From assembly GCA_044450645.1 (NCBI GenBank), contig JBIOJG010000018.1, positions 30,825 to 94,824 on the forward strand: a DNA stretch of 64,000 bases. Direction: 5' to 3'. Below the pieces are notes generated by a model. That model saw nothing but the letters and a program-made list of their open reading frames with translations, did not search any database and was not told the DNA's origin. The stretch's first letter is position 1; the number at the start of each line of letters is the position of its first letter. Position numbers and translations under genes: made by a program. Below, piece by piece: positions 1 to 8,886 of this stretch. Source of the DNA: Candidatus Binatia bacterium (GTDB lineage: Bacteria > Desulfobacterota > Binatia > HRBIN30).

Positions 1-372
1 GGGCGGGAACTGGTGCATGGGGTGATGCCTGCGGTGGGAACCGACGTTTACATCGATGCCTCGGGGGCGGCACCCGTAGTGCGGGGCATATTTGACAACT
101 CCAAGTTCGGGACTCGAATGGTAGTGGTGGCGATGCACAAGCAGGAGGTATCGCTGCCGTTCTTTCACGTCATGGCGAAGGAGCTGACGATCAAGGGCGC
201 CATGGCGTACCCCGACGAATTTCCAGCCGTGATCGAGATGCTCGCCTCCGGAAGCGTGGATGTCTCGCCCATGATCACCCACCAGTTTGACTTCGCCGAG
301 TTCATGGAAGCGCTGGCCACCGCGCAACAGCCCGACAAGGCAGCCAAGGTGATGGTGAATTTCCCCGGCTAG
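1..372 (+). CDS. Zinc-dependent alcohol dehydrogenase (MDR family), C-terminal part; 5' end outside window
   Basis: Frame open from base 1; 'YIDASGA', 'KELTIKGAMAY', 'ITHQFDF...AAKVMV' match MDR C-terminus. Confidence 0.85.
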   Translation, partial: GRELVHGVMPAVGTDVYIDASGAAPVVRGIFDNSKFGTRMVVVAMHKQEVSLPFFHVMAKELTIKGAMAYPDEFPAVIEMLASGSVDVSPMITHQFDFAEFMEALATAQQPDKAAKVMVNFPG

Positions 373-463
373 CGTGGAAACGGATGCGGGCAGCCGTTCA
401 GGGCGTTGTTGACCGCTGTGAGGATCTCATCGACGGTGATCTGTCCACGTGTTTCCGCCTGGG

Positions 464-979
464 CTATCGCGCCGTGGCGGCCAGATCGCGCAGAACCTCC
501 TCGGCGTGAGTCGCCGGATTGACCGTGCCGTAGACGTGCAGCACCTTGCCGTCGGGGCCGACGAGGTAAGAGATCCGCCGCGCCACGGGCTGCTGCGGCG
601 AGTCGGCAGCCCCGACGGCAGCCGCCAGAATGCGATCGCTGTCGGAGAGCAAGCGGAAAGGGAATTGCTGCTCCCGCACGAAGCGCGCGTTGTCCTGCGG
701 CTGATCGAACGAGACGCCCAGCACCTCGACCCCGGCCTTCTGCAAGTCGGCAAACTTGTCGCGCAGCCCGTCACCCTCCGCCGTGCAGCCCGGTGTCATC
801 GCCTTGGGATAGAACCACAGCAGGTACTTCTTGCCGGTCAGGTCACTCGACACAACCTTCTTCCCTGTGTGATCGCTCAAGCTCCACGTCGGGAACGGAT
901 CGCCAACCTTGAGGAGGTCGGCAGCGTGAGCCATCGTGACGCTGAGTGAGAAGAGAGCGAACATAGCAAGCTTTCGCAT
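464..979 (-). CDS. Secreted peroxiredoxin (BCP/PrxQ-like, AhpC/TSA family)
   Basis: 'WFYPKAMTPGCTAE' peroxidatic motif, 'GVSFD', 'FPFRLLSD'; signal peptide MRKLAMFALFSLSVTMAHA; GGAGG RBS before ATG at 979. Confidence 0.88.
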   Translation of the reverse strand: MRKLAMFALFSLSVTMAHAADLLKVGDPFPTWSLSDHTGKKVVSSDLTGKKYLLWFYPKAMTPGCTAEGDGLRDKFADLQKAGVEVLGVSFDQPQDNARFVREQQFPFRLLSDSDRILAAAVGAADSPQQPVARRISYLVGPDGKVLHVYGTVNPATHAEEVLRDLAATAR

Positions 980-1270
980 CGTCAAAAGACCTCCCGGACT
1001 CACGCTACCGGCTGTGCAGGGTCATGGGAAGGGAGAGAGAATCGGCAGTGCCGCGGCCGGGTGCTGTCGGGCAGTACCCGCGGCCGACCGCCGGTTGCGA
1101 GCGTAGAAGCATGTGCGGCTCACACTGCCGGTGACACTGTAGACGGCGGCCAAGTTCTCGTAGTAGTGTGATTTATCGGCTACCGTGATTGCGTTACGGA
1201 AGGTTCGCCACAGAGCGCGAAGGGCCGAACGCGAGCGAAGCCCCGCGCCGCAACGACGGAGGTGCTTTCC

Positions 1271-1537
1271 ATGAAGAAGCTATTCATCGTCGCTTTGACG
1301 GTGCTCGTGGCACATACCAGTCTGAGCCTAGCGCAGGGCCTTGGAGAAGGCGCCCAGAAGGCGACAAAACACCACGACACGTCGAGCCCCGAGCTCATGT
1401 TGAAGGAGAAGAACAAGTCGGTCCCCATGTTGAAGGAAGGGGGCGCACCGAAGCCCACTGCTGGCGCTGCCGGCATCGCAATCGGCGACCCCGGCGACAA
1501 ATCAAGCAAGGACACCCCCAAAAAGCCCAAGAAGTAG
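1271..1537 (+). CDS. Small secreted Lys-rich hypothetical protein
   Basis: GGAGG RBS; signal peptide MKKLFIVALTVLVAHTSLSLA; low-complexity K-rich tail. Confidence 0.65.
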   Translation: MKKLFIVALTVLVAHTSLSLAQGLGEGAQKATKHHDTSSPELMLKEKNKSVPMLKEGGAPKPTAGAAGIAIGDPGDKSSKDTPKKPKK

Positions 1538-1710
1538 GAACCGGCGTCTCCGCCAGCGTTCGCGCCAAGAGCCGCCGCGTGAGTTGGCCAAGGGCTGACG
1601 TGATTCAAACCCGCAGGCTGTCCTGTGCGCCGCCCACTTTTGCGTCCCGAGCGATCCCGACAAACGCGACAACCAACGCCCTAACCGCTTGCTCCGCCTC
1701 CCTGCTTAGC

Positions 1711-1745
1711 TTGTAAGATCAGATGACTCTGACTAGAGTGGTCAT
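1711..1745 (+). promoter_or_regulatory. Sigma70-type promoter with overlapping operator; likely leaderless TA transcript
   Basis: TTGTAA (1711) N17 TAGAGT (1734), ending just before ATG 1746; inverted repeat ATGAC...GTCAT (1723-1745). Confidence 0.55.
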
Positions 1746-2039
1746 ATGAAGAAGACCGCAGCAGTGGCTGAGCTGAAGGCGCAGCTGAGTCGTTACCTGA
1801 GTCGGGTCAAAGCCGGCGAGGATATTTTGGTGACGGAACGCGGGGTACCCGTAGCGCGGCTGGTGCCGGTGGGATCCGGCCGACCCGAACACGAGCATTT
1901 GCGCGACCTCGAACGCCAAGGGCTGCTCCGGCTGGGCAGTGGCAAGCTGCCCAGAGATTTCTGGAAGCTGCCGCGCCCGCGCGATCCGCGCGCCGCCGTG
2001 CGGAAAGCGGTGACCGACGAGCGCGAGGCGGGTTGGTGA
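1746..2039 (+). CDS. Phd/YefM family antitoxin
   Basis: 'ELKAQLSRYLSRVKAGEDILVTERGVPVARLVP'; overlaps downstream PIN gene. Confidence 0.9.
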   Translation: MKKTAAVAELKAQLSRYLSRVKAGEDILVTERGVPVARLVPVGSGRPEHEHLRDLERQGLLRLGSGKLPRDFWKLPRPRDPRAAVRKAVTDEREAGW

Positions 2040-2461
2040 AGTTCTGGGACACCTCGGCGATCGTGCCGCTCTGTGTGGCTGAGCCTGCGACGCCGCAGGT
2101 CCGTGAGTTGGTCGACACCGACCAATCGCTGGTGGTGTGGTGGGCCACTCGTACGGAATGTGTGTCCGCCTTCGCCCGGCGGCGTCGTGATGGTCACCTC
2201 AGCGCTCTGGCCGAGCGGCGTGCACGGCACGTGCTAGCTGCCATTGCCGCGGAGTGGTCGGAGGTGTTGCCGAGCGAGTCGCTGCGCCTGCGCGGCGAGC
2301 GACTCCTGGCGGTTCACCCGCTCCGTGCCGCCGACGCGTTCCAGCTCGCCGCCGCTTTGCTGTGGTCGCGTGGCGACACGGCCACCCACGCGGTCGTCTC
2401 GTTCGACGAGCGCCTGCGCGAAGCCGCAAGCCGCGAAGGCTTTCACGTGTTGCCGGAGTGA
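2036..2461 (+). CDS. vapC: VapC/PIN-domain toxin
   Basis: 'FWDTSAIVPL', 'LRAADAFQLAAA', 'SFDERLREAA'; GTGA overlap with antitoxin. Confidence 0.9.
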   Translation: MKFWDTSAIVPLCVAEPATPQVRELVDTDQSLVVWWATRTECVSAFARRRRDGHLSALAERRARHVLAAIAAEWSEVLPSESLRLRGERLLAVHPLRAADAFQLAAALLWSRGDTATHAVVSFDERLREAASREGFHVLPE

Positions 2462-2576
2462 GGCCCGGCGCCGCGAGCTGATCGAGCTACGACATCCCCG
2501 ACGCCCTCGATACACCTCGGTGGCGTTCACCCGGGCGTTGAGCTAAAAGTGTTTGGGACGGCAGAGGGGAAGACAG

Positions 2577-2756
2577 ATGGCAGAGTTGGCTTCCAATGTA
2601 AGAACGGCTGAAACCGAGCCTGCGACCTCAGAAAGGTCGCCCAATGATGCTCCCGACGAAACGCTCGTCGATCTCATGCTCCAGCTGAGCATCTCGGATC
2701 GGCTGAGAAGCCTCTGCCGGTACGTCAATGCCATCCAAGGCTTCCAAGCCATTTGA
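2577..2756 (+). CDS. Small protein partnered with nucleotidyltransferase
   Basis: 'LVDLMLQLSISDRLRSL' resembles small partners of NTase-fold genes; overlaps next ORF. Confidence 0.5.
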   Translation: MAELASNVRTAETEPATSERSPNDAPDETLVDLMLQLSISDRLRSLCRYVNAIQGFQAI

Positions 2757-3246
2757 CCTGTTACGCATCTTCGACGCGCTCGCCGGCGTCAACTACATCG
2801 TCGTCGGTGGGGTCGCCGCGACACTGCACGGCGCTCCGCGGCTGACCTTCGATCTGGATATTGTCCCAGACCCGTCGCCCGCCAATATCGAGCGTCTCGC
2901 CGCCGCCCTCCAGCGCCTCGAAGCGTACGTTCGGGAACCGGGCGACCGACACATCCCGGCCAGCCGACAGCTGCTGATGGAGTCCGCCCATGCAGCCGCT
3001 CCAGGGCAGTTGAGACTCCGAACCCAGTATGGCCCGGTGGACATTCTCTGGCGTTTGCACGAAGGGCGAGGATACCGGGAACTCGAATCCGACTCGGTCG
3101 TGCTTTCCGACACCGAACGGCAGATCCGTGTCCTCGGGATCGAAACCCTCATCGCCGTCAAGGAAGCGGCGGGCCGTCCTCGGGACCGCCAAGACAGCGA
3201 GTACCTACAGCTCATCCTTCGCCGCAGCAAAGAACGGGCGCGGTAG
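2728..3246 (+). CDS. Nucleotidyltransferase-fold protein (DUF6036/AbiEii-like)
   Basis: 'IVVGGVAATLHGAPRLTFDLDIV' and C-terminal 'LIAVKEAAGRPRDRQD'. Confidence 0.8.
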   Translation: MPSKASKPFDLLRIFDALAGVNYIVVGGVAATLHGAPRLTFDLDIVPDPSPANIERLAAALQRLEAYVREPGDRHIPASRQLLMESAHAAAPGQLRLRTQYGPVDILWRLHEGRGYRELESDSVVLSDTERQIRVLGIETLIAVKEAAGRPRDRQDSEYLQLILRRSKERAR

Positions 3247-3252
3247 CTGATC

Positions 3253-3996
3253 TCACAGATCCTTCGGCGCACACCCCCAGGCGCGCAGAATCGCCACCTC
3301 GTCCGCCGCGCTCATCGCCTTCTTGAACTTCGCGCCGGAGCGGCCTTTCACGCGACGCTCGCACTCAGCCCACGTCGCATGACGCATCGGTTTGCCGTCG
3401 ATGACGCTCAGATAGGAATACGCCGCGGCCTTGCTCTTGCCGCTCGACGATGCGCCGGGGGCGCGCTTGGGCACGCTGGTGTCGTCGGGGACGTCAAAGA
3501 TCGGCAGCGGGTAACGGAGGAGCGGACCGTCGTAGAGCTTGGGGTGACGTTTGCGTGCGAAGGCATTGGCGATCTCGTCGACACGCTCGTTGCCCGGAAT
3601 GCCGGTGTGGCCGCGGACATAGTGCCACTCAATGCCGCCCTTGCCGCGCGCGCTGACCAGGCTTGCCAACGCCTCCCACAGCTCGCGGTTGAGCACGTCC
3701 TTGCCCTCGGCCGTCTTCCAGCCGCGTTTGCGCCACGCCCAGATCCACTCGCGGATGCCTTTGATGACGTACGTCGAGTCGGTGTAGATCGCCAGCGTGT
3801 CGTGCGTGCGCTGCAGGCGGCGCAAGGCTTCGATGGGCGCCGTCAGCTCCATCTGATTATTCGTCGTATGCGCGGCGCCGCCGCCGAGCTCAGTGACATG
3901 GCCGTCGGGCGTGGCGATGATCACGCCCCAACCGCCGGGCCCGGGATTGCCCTTGGCCGCGCCGTCGGTGAACACCACGATCGGTTGCTCGCTCAT
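3253..3996 (-). CDS. rnhA: Ribonuclease HI with C-terminal viroplasmin/Cauli_VI hybrid-binding domain
   Basis: 'FTDGAAKGNPGPGGWG', 'TTNNQMEL', 'TDSTYV', 'VRGHTGIPGNERVD'; tail 'TWAECERRVKGRSGAKFKK'. Confidence 0.9.
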   Translation of the reverse strand: MSEQPIVVFTDGAAKGNPGPGGWGVIIATPDGHVTELGGGAAHTTNNQMELTAPIEALRRLQRTHDTLAIYTDSTYVIKGIREWIWAWRKRGWKTAEGKDVLNRELWEALASLVSARGKGGIEWHYVRGHTGIPGNERVDEIANAFARKRHPKLYDGPLLRYPLPIFDVPDDTSVPKRAPGASSSGKSKAAAYSYLSVIDGKPMRHATWAECERRVKGRSGAKFKKAMSAADEVAILRAWGCAPKDL

Positions 3997-4107
3997 GCCT
4001 CGTTCCTCATCGCGTCGGTGTGCCCGGTTTGCGCGGCGTGTGCAACTCGCCACCGCAGCGCGATCACGACTTTCGATGGAATGGTCGCACAGGAACGCCA
4101 CGCTGCA

Positions 4108-4240
4108 TTACCAAATGACGGAAACCAGTCCGGAGTCCTGAATGTCACTATCTCTCGTCAGCAGCGGGAGATCGAGGTGACGTGCCGCCGCGCAGATCAG
4201 CGCGTCGAACGGATCGTCGTTCGGGCAGAGACCTTCGCGA
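4108..4240 (-). pseudogene. C-terminal remnant of a PIN/VapC toxin
   Basis: Manual translation: ...PNDDPFDALICAAARHLDLPLLTRDSDIQDSGLVSVIW*; no start or N-terminal half. Confidence 0.7.
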
Positions 4241-4481
4241 CCCGAAACACGGCTCGAACCGCGGCGTCGGCCCGAACCAGAGCCGGATCAGCTTCGGAGA
4301 TGTGAACCGTTCCCACCACCGACCGGATCATCGACTCGTGCCCCTGGCCGCCGGTACGGGCAGCCGACACCAACCTGTCGAGCAAGGCGCTCACGCTCCG
4401 CACCCCCGAGACCCGCGCTTGCCCCCGGAGCCACAGCAGGTTTTCCGCCGCGAGAGTCACGGACACCGCTTGTTTCGACAT
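4197..4481 (-). CDS. Antitoxin-like (RHH-type) protein; 3' end probably altered by deletion
   Basis: 'MSKQAVSVTLAAENLLWLRGQA...VSALLDRLV'; upstream direct repeat ATCGTATG x2; precedes PIN remnant. Confidence 0.55.
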   Translation of the reverse strand: MSKQAVSVTLAAENLLWLRGQARVSGVRSVSALLDRLVSAARTGGQGHESMIRSVVGTVHISEADPALVRADAAVRAVFRVAKVSARTTIRSTR

Positions 4482-4685
4482 ACGATGTTCATACGATAAT
4501 CGCCACGATGACCTCAAGGGAGAGAGGATCAGCGGCGGCTGAGCGTCTCAGACACGCGAACGCCCCTTGACGTGACCGAGTGCGTACGCGCAATTGTCCC
4601 TTTTGCACATTCGTGGGACAACTTGATCGCTGCCTGTGATCGTGCGAAAACCCTGGCGGTGGGAGGCTGGGCTGGGAGTGGTTGA

Positions 4686-6026
4686 ATGACGGTTACTTCG
4701 CGCAATCCAATCGGCATGCGACAAGCGAGCGCTACCTCCACGGCCAGCGGTCGGGGTAAAATCGCGAGTCCCAAAAGATCTCGAGGTCAAGGTGCCGAAT
4801 GGTACCCCTACTATGCGGGGTTCTCCCCGGCGTTCGTTCGCGCCGTGCTAGCCGAGCTGGGGATGCCGGTCGGCGCAACAATAGCGGACCCATGGAATGG
4901 TTCTGGGACCACCACGGCATGCGCCTCCGAGTTGAAGTATGAAGCGATTGGCGTCGACATCAATCCTGCCATGGCCCTCATCGCCGCCGGTCGAATGGCA
5001 TTGAAGGATGACCTTCGAGCTTGCTGCACCACGATGGAAGACCTGCAGCCGGTCGCGGAGATCCCGAGAGGCGATCCCCTTCTGTTCTGGTTTGAAGGTG
5101 ATGCCGCGAACGTGATTCGCGGAATCGAACACCACATCAGCTCGCACCTCACGGATGGTCTGCTGCCGAGTAGATCGACACTCGTGTCGCCATCCGAGGG
5201 TCTGCACTTCACCGCCCTCTTCTTGACCGTGCGTGCGCTGATGGCGACGTTTGCTGGTTCGAATCCAACTTGGATTCGTCGACCCGACGCCAATGAATCG
5301 AAGATTCACGCAACGTTTGAGCACATCGTCTGTATGTATGCGCGCAACTCGACTCTCCTCCGAGAGCACCTTGCTACGAACAGGGAAAGCGCTGCGGTTC
5401 GACTGATGATAGGGGACTCGCGGTCGCTGGCGCTCGATGATGCCACTGTCGATGCGGTAATCACGTCTCCCCCGTATTGCACCCGATTGGACTATCCAAT
5501 TGCTACTCGAGCTGAGCTTGCCGTGCTGGGGATAGGTCCGACGTGCGTGGAGCACAGACAGTTGCGGCAGGCGTCGCTAGGCACGACCACCGTTGCCAAA
5601 CACACTCCTGGAATTTTGCATGAGTGGGGGCAAAAGTGCGCTACCCTTCTTGAGGGCATTCGTTCACACGAATCCAAGGCATCGCAAAGCTACTATTTCA
5701 AAACCCACTGTCAATATTTCGACTCGCTCAATAGGTCGCTGCGGGAATTGAACCGGGTTCTACGGCCTGGGGGTAAGTGCGTGGTCGTTGTACAGGATTC
5801 GCGCTACAAAGAGCTGCACACAGATCTTCCTGGGATCACCAGCGAGATGGGTGAGCATCTAGGCTGGAAGCTCGAACACCGCATGAATTTCCCTGTTCGG
5901 AGCACTCTCGCTGACTCGAATCCAGTATCAAAGCGCTACAGGTCAAGGAGCGACGCGACGGAGAGCGTCCTTTGGTTTGCCAGAGGGACATCCAGCAAAG
6001 AGTGGACTACGGCTAGACGCATATGA
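4686..6026 (+). CDS. Site-specific amino DNA methyltransferase (N4-C/N6-A; motif I before motif IV)
   Basis: 'WYPYYAGFS', motif I 'DPWNGSGTT', 'GVDINP', motif IV 'VITSPPY', 'LNRVLRPGG'; start uncertain (4686 or 4716). Confidence 0.88.
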   Translation: MTVTSRNPIGMRQASATSTASGRGKIASPKRSRGQGAEWYPYYAGFSPAFVRAVLAELGMPVGATIADPWNGSGTTTACASELKYEAIGVDINPAMALIAAGRMALKDDLRACCTTMEDLQPVAEIPRGDPLLFWFEGDAANVIRGIEHHISSHLTDGLLPSRSTLVSPSEGLHFTALFLTVRALMATFAGSNPTWIRRPDANESKIHATFEHIVCMYARNSTLLREHLATNRESAAVRLMIGDSRSLALDDATVDAVITSPPYCTRLDYPIATRAELAVLGIGPTCVEHRQLRQASLGTTTVAKHTPGILHEWGQKCATLLEGIRSHESKASQSYYFKTHCQYFDSLNRSLRELNRVLRPGGKCVVVVQDSRYKELHTDLPGITSEMGEHLGWKLEHRMNFPVRSTLADSNPVSKRYRSRSDATESVLWFARGTSSKEWTTARRI

Positions 6027-7069
6027 AGGTACTACCTACCAATATGACTCTGCAGGATTTTCTCGCAGCTCTCCAGCGCGGAGAGATTACGGTCAATCGT
6101 GATTATCAACGCAGCGACCAGGTGTGGCCCGATGCGGCACGTTCGTATCTCGTTGAAACAGTGCTCAAGGACTTCCCAATCCCGAAGCTCTCGCTTCGTC
6201 AGGTCACCGATCCTAAGACGGGGGACTCGTATAAGGAGATTGTTGACGGGCAGCAGCGGTGCGCGGCGCTGCGCGCATTCAGCAAGAATGAATTTTCGCT
6301 CTCAAATGCGGTTGAGGATGGATCACTGCGGGGCTTTGCCTACGACGATCTGTCTCGAGAGCAGCAGGCTACTTTCAAGGCTTATCAGATGAGCCTCGAT
6401 ATTTTCCTGGGGGCGGAACCAGGAGAAATTCGCGAAGTGTTCAGGCGAATGAACTCCTACACAGTGCCGCTAAACCCAGAAGAGCAGCGCCACGCTCAGT
6501 TTCAGGGCAAGTTCAAATGGTTCCTGCATCGGCTCGGTCTTGGCCTAAACGAAGCTTGGGTAACGATGGTTGTTTTTTCGCAGAAGCAAATCGTGCGAAT
6601 GGCGGATACGAAGCTCTTGGCAGAAGTCTGTCATGCCATCTGTCGGGGAATCTCGACCACTAACAAGAGGTCCCTCGATCAACTCTACGCTGCGCTGGAT
6701 GAGGAGTTTGCCGCAGAGCAGGATATCGAGGCACGGCTGACCGATGCGGTTGAGGTTCTTCTTGGATGGCCCGACTTGCACGGCAGCGTACTAATGAAGC
6801 CATTTCAGGTATACGGGCTTTTGTTGGCGATCACCCACGTCACTAGGCCAGTTCCGACACTTGCCGACGAGTTCCCCATACAGAAGGGACAAAAGATTGA
6901 TTACGGAACGGCGATGCTCCGACTAACGCGGCTGGCGGAGGTGATCGAGCAAGACCAGAGCGCAGGGAAGTATGCACGCTTCGTCAAGGCTTCCGCGGAA
7001 AAGACCAACGTGAAAGCCGAAAGGGAGACACGGTTTAAGTACTTCTGTCAGGCGCTTATCGGGGCTTAA
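6023..7069 (+). CDS. Stand-alone DUF262 (ParB-like, GmrS-type) protein
   Basis: 'NRDYQRSDQVW', 'IVDGQQR', 'VFRRMNS..VPLNPEE'; ATGA overlap with MTase; no DUF1524/HNH tail. Confidence 0.88.
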   Translation: MKVLPTNMTLQDFLAALQRGEITVNRDYQRSDQVWPDAARSYLVETVLKDFPIPKLSLRQVTDPKTGDSYKEIVDGQQRCAALRAFSKNEFSLSNAVEDGSLRGFAYDDLSREQQATFKAYQMSLDIFLGAEPGEIREVFRRMNSYTVPLNPEEQRHAQFQGKFKWFLHRLGLGLNEAWVTMVVFSQKQIVRMADTKLLAEVCHAICRGISTTNKRSLDQLYAALDEEFAAEQDIEARLTDAVEVLLGWPDLHGSVLMKPFQVYGLLLAITHVTRPVPTLADEFPIQKGQKIDYGTAMLRLTRLAEVIEQDQSAGKYARFVKASAEKTNVKAERETRFKYFCQALIGA

Positions 7070-7076
7070 AAACCCG

Positions 7077-7745
7077 ATGAGACCGACGCAAGATCTCCGA
7101 CGATTGGCGGCGCCAGCATGCCGTCGAGTTTCCTTATTGTACGGACTCGTCCAACGATGCTCTTCCCCGCCAACGCAGGAAGAGGAGCGCATTATCGCGC
7201 TTGCAACAATTGATGCCCAATGGATTTGGGCAGGTTTCAGCCGCCATTTTTTCATATCGTGCTGCATGGGTACACGGACCGTACTGGGCAATCGAGCATG
7301 TTCAGTTCTGCGCCCATTCGTGAATCCGAACGACGTCATAAATTTTGCGGCCGCGGCATTGGCTGGCCCGAGCAAGTCACCAAGCAAGGCCGCGAAACCC
7401 AGAAAGATAAAGACATTGAAACCGATCGAGGAACCTCCTTGGCATGTTCCTCAAATTCTCCTGACGTTGAGTGGCAGGGCCAATCTTTCCAATCAGACGC
7501 AAATCTCAACCGCCCTTGCCGTTCCTGGAAGATCACTTGATGATCTTCGAACAGCTCGCAACTTCTTTGCCCATAGAAGCTACGTCACCGCCGACAAGGT
7601 AAGGGCGATGGCAATCCGCATTGGTCTTCCCAAAGCGCCAAGAGCTGCCATTCTCTTGGCTGAGCGCCAGCCAGGAAAACCATACTCAATTCTGAGCGGA
7701 TGGCTTGCTGACATGCGCTCAATCACAAGGCTAATGTGTCAATGA
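7077..7745 (+). CDS. Putative HEPN-superfamily protein
   Basis: Helical protein with Rx4H motif 'LRTARNFFAH'; 7 bp after DUF262 gene. Confidence 0.6.
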   Translation: MRPTQDLRRLAAPACRRVSLLYGLVQRCSSPPTQEEERIIALATIDAQWIWAGFSRHFFISCCMGTRTVLGNRACSVLRPFVNPNDVINFAAAALAGPSKSPSKAAKPRKIKTLKPIEEPPWHVPQILLTLSGRANLSNQTQISTALAVPGRSLDDLRTARNFFAHRSYVTADKVRAMAIRIGLPKAPRAAILLAERQPGKPYSILSGWLADMRSITRLMCQ

Positions 7746-7790
7746 TCCCGAACCCAAATGTACAAGGACGAAGCTCGGTGAGAACTGCCC

Positions 7791-7846
7791 GACTTTTTGT
7801 GCAGTCCCCCGATTAATTGTGCAGGATCGCCTTTTTGTGCAAAGCC
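7791..7846. mobile_element. IS-end-like sequence truncating vsr
   Basis: Three TTGTGCA copies 18-20 bp apart ending TTTTTGTGCAAAGCC exactly where Vsr homology stops. Confidence 0.35.
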
Positions 7847-8057
7847 GCCAAAAGCAGCCATGCACAAAAATAGCCCACTTGGCTCGCCGGTTCACAATGT
7901 CGGGCGTTCCGGGCAGATCCTTCGCTCCGACCCTGAATCGGAGTCCACAAGCGTGCACGACGCGGCGAGCCCTGAGTTCGGCTGAGGTGTCTTCGTGTTT
8001 GACCGAAGACATCAAGCGCGACCGCTCTGGTGTGGTGATCAACCCCCTCGATCCCAA
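7847..8057 (-). pseudogene. vsr: Truncated very-short-patch-repair endonuclease
   Basis: 'RSRLMSSVKHEDTSAEL', 'GLRFR', 'DLPGTPDIV', 'AIFVHGCFW', then homology ends before the expected His. Confidence 0.8.
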
Positions 8058-8300
8058 GCTCCAAGCCCTCCCGGCCCACGTTGGGTGTCACACCCGTTAA
8101 GCTGCCAACCCAGGGGGTACCTTTGGCGCATCGCGACGCAAACTGCAACGGTTGGGCCGCTCGTTCGCGAGTAGATCTGCCGGTCGGCGAAGTCGTGGTG
8201 CTTCCCGAGCGACGTGTCGCGACCGAAAGAGCCTGCGGCAAGTGGGAATGTACCTTTGACGGGGGTCACGCACACCGCCTAAGAAGCGCGGCGCATTCGG

Positions 8301-8546
8301 CTAGACGTTGTCCTTCACGAGGAGCGCATCAACACCGTTCAGGCCACCCCGCCGAAAAGCAGCCCGGAGAGCATGCTGTTTGGCGCCCTGGGCAGACTTG
8401 AGAGCCGATTCGACCTTCGCCAGCGTCCTGACCGCTCCGGCTTCCCTGAGGAGATGCTGCGCCTCTTTGAGCGCGCGCACAGCGTCGTCAATGTTGTTGA
8501 TGGTTCCGGAGCTCACCGTTCGAATCTGTCTGGCCACCTTTGCCAC
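8301..8546 (-). CDS. Small helical hypothetical protein
   Basis: GAGG then GTG start; amphipathic 'DAVRALKEAQHLLREAGAVRTLAKVESALKSAQGA'. Confidence 0.4.
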   Translation of the reverse strand: MAKVARQIRTVSSGTINNIDDAVRALKEAQHLLREAGAVRTLAKVESALKSAQGAKQHALRAAFRRGGLNGVDALLVKDNV

Positions 8547-8886
8547 CTCGCTGACCTCAATAGTTCTGGCGCCAACCTGGATGCTGCTCCGACCCCGAAA
8601 GCAGTTGAACGGGAAAGGATGCTGGCATGGTCTCGCTATCCCGCCGGCCCATCGCGGTGCGCCCCCGCGCTGACGCACTCGGGAGCGGTGTAATCGTGAG
8701 ATGCGTAATGAGCTGGCCAAAAGGGTCCTCGTCCACCAGCCGTACTTCTTCGACTCACCGCTGCTCCATTGACCCGCTTCACTACCACAGAAGCGCGGCC
8801 GGGAGCGATGCTTGCTCGCGGAACGGAACGATCCATCCAGCCCCGACAAGTTCCTCGGGCGATAGACCGAGTCGAGCGAACGACCG

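Noticed and set aside
464-979. Selenocysteine peroxiredoxin
   Set aside because: Active-site codon is TGC (Cys); no in-frame TGA
2462-2545. Possible attC after vapC (ends GTTGAGC)
   Set aside because: No matching R'' box or convincing hairpin found
3379-4305. 308-aa plus-strand ORF
   Set aside because: Antisense to RNase HI; no recognisable domain
4686-7745. Ordinary type II R-M or GmrSD system
   Set aside because: No recognisable restriction endonuclease; DUF262 lacks the DUF1524/HNH partner
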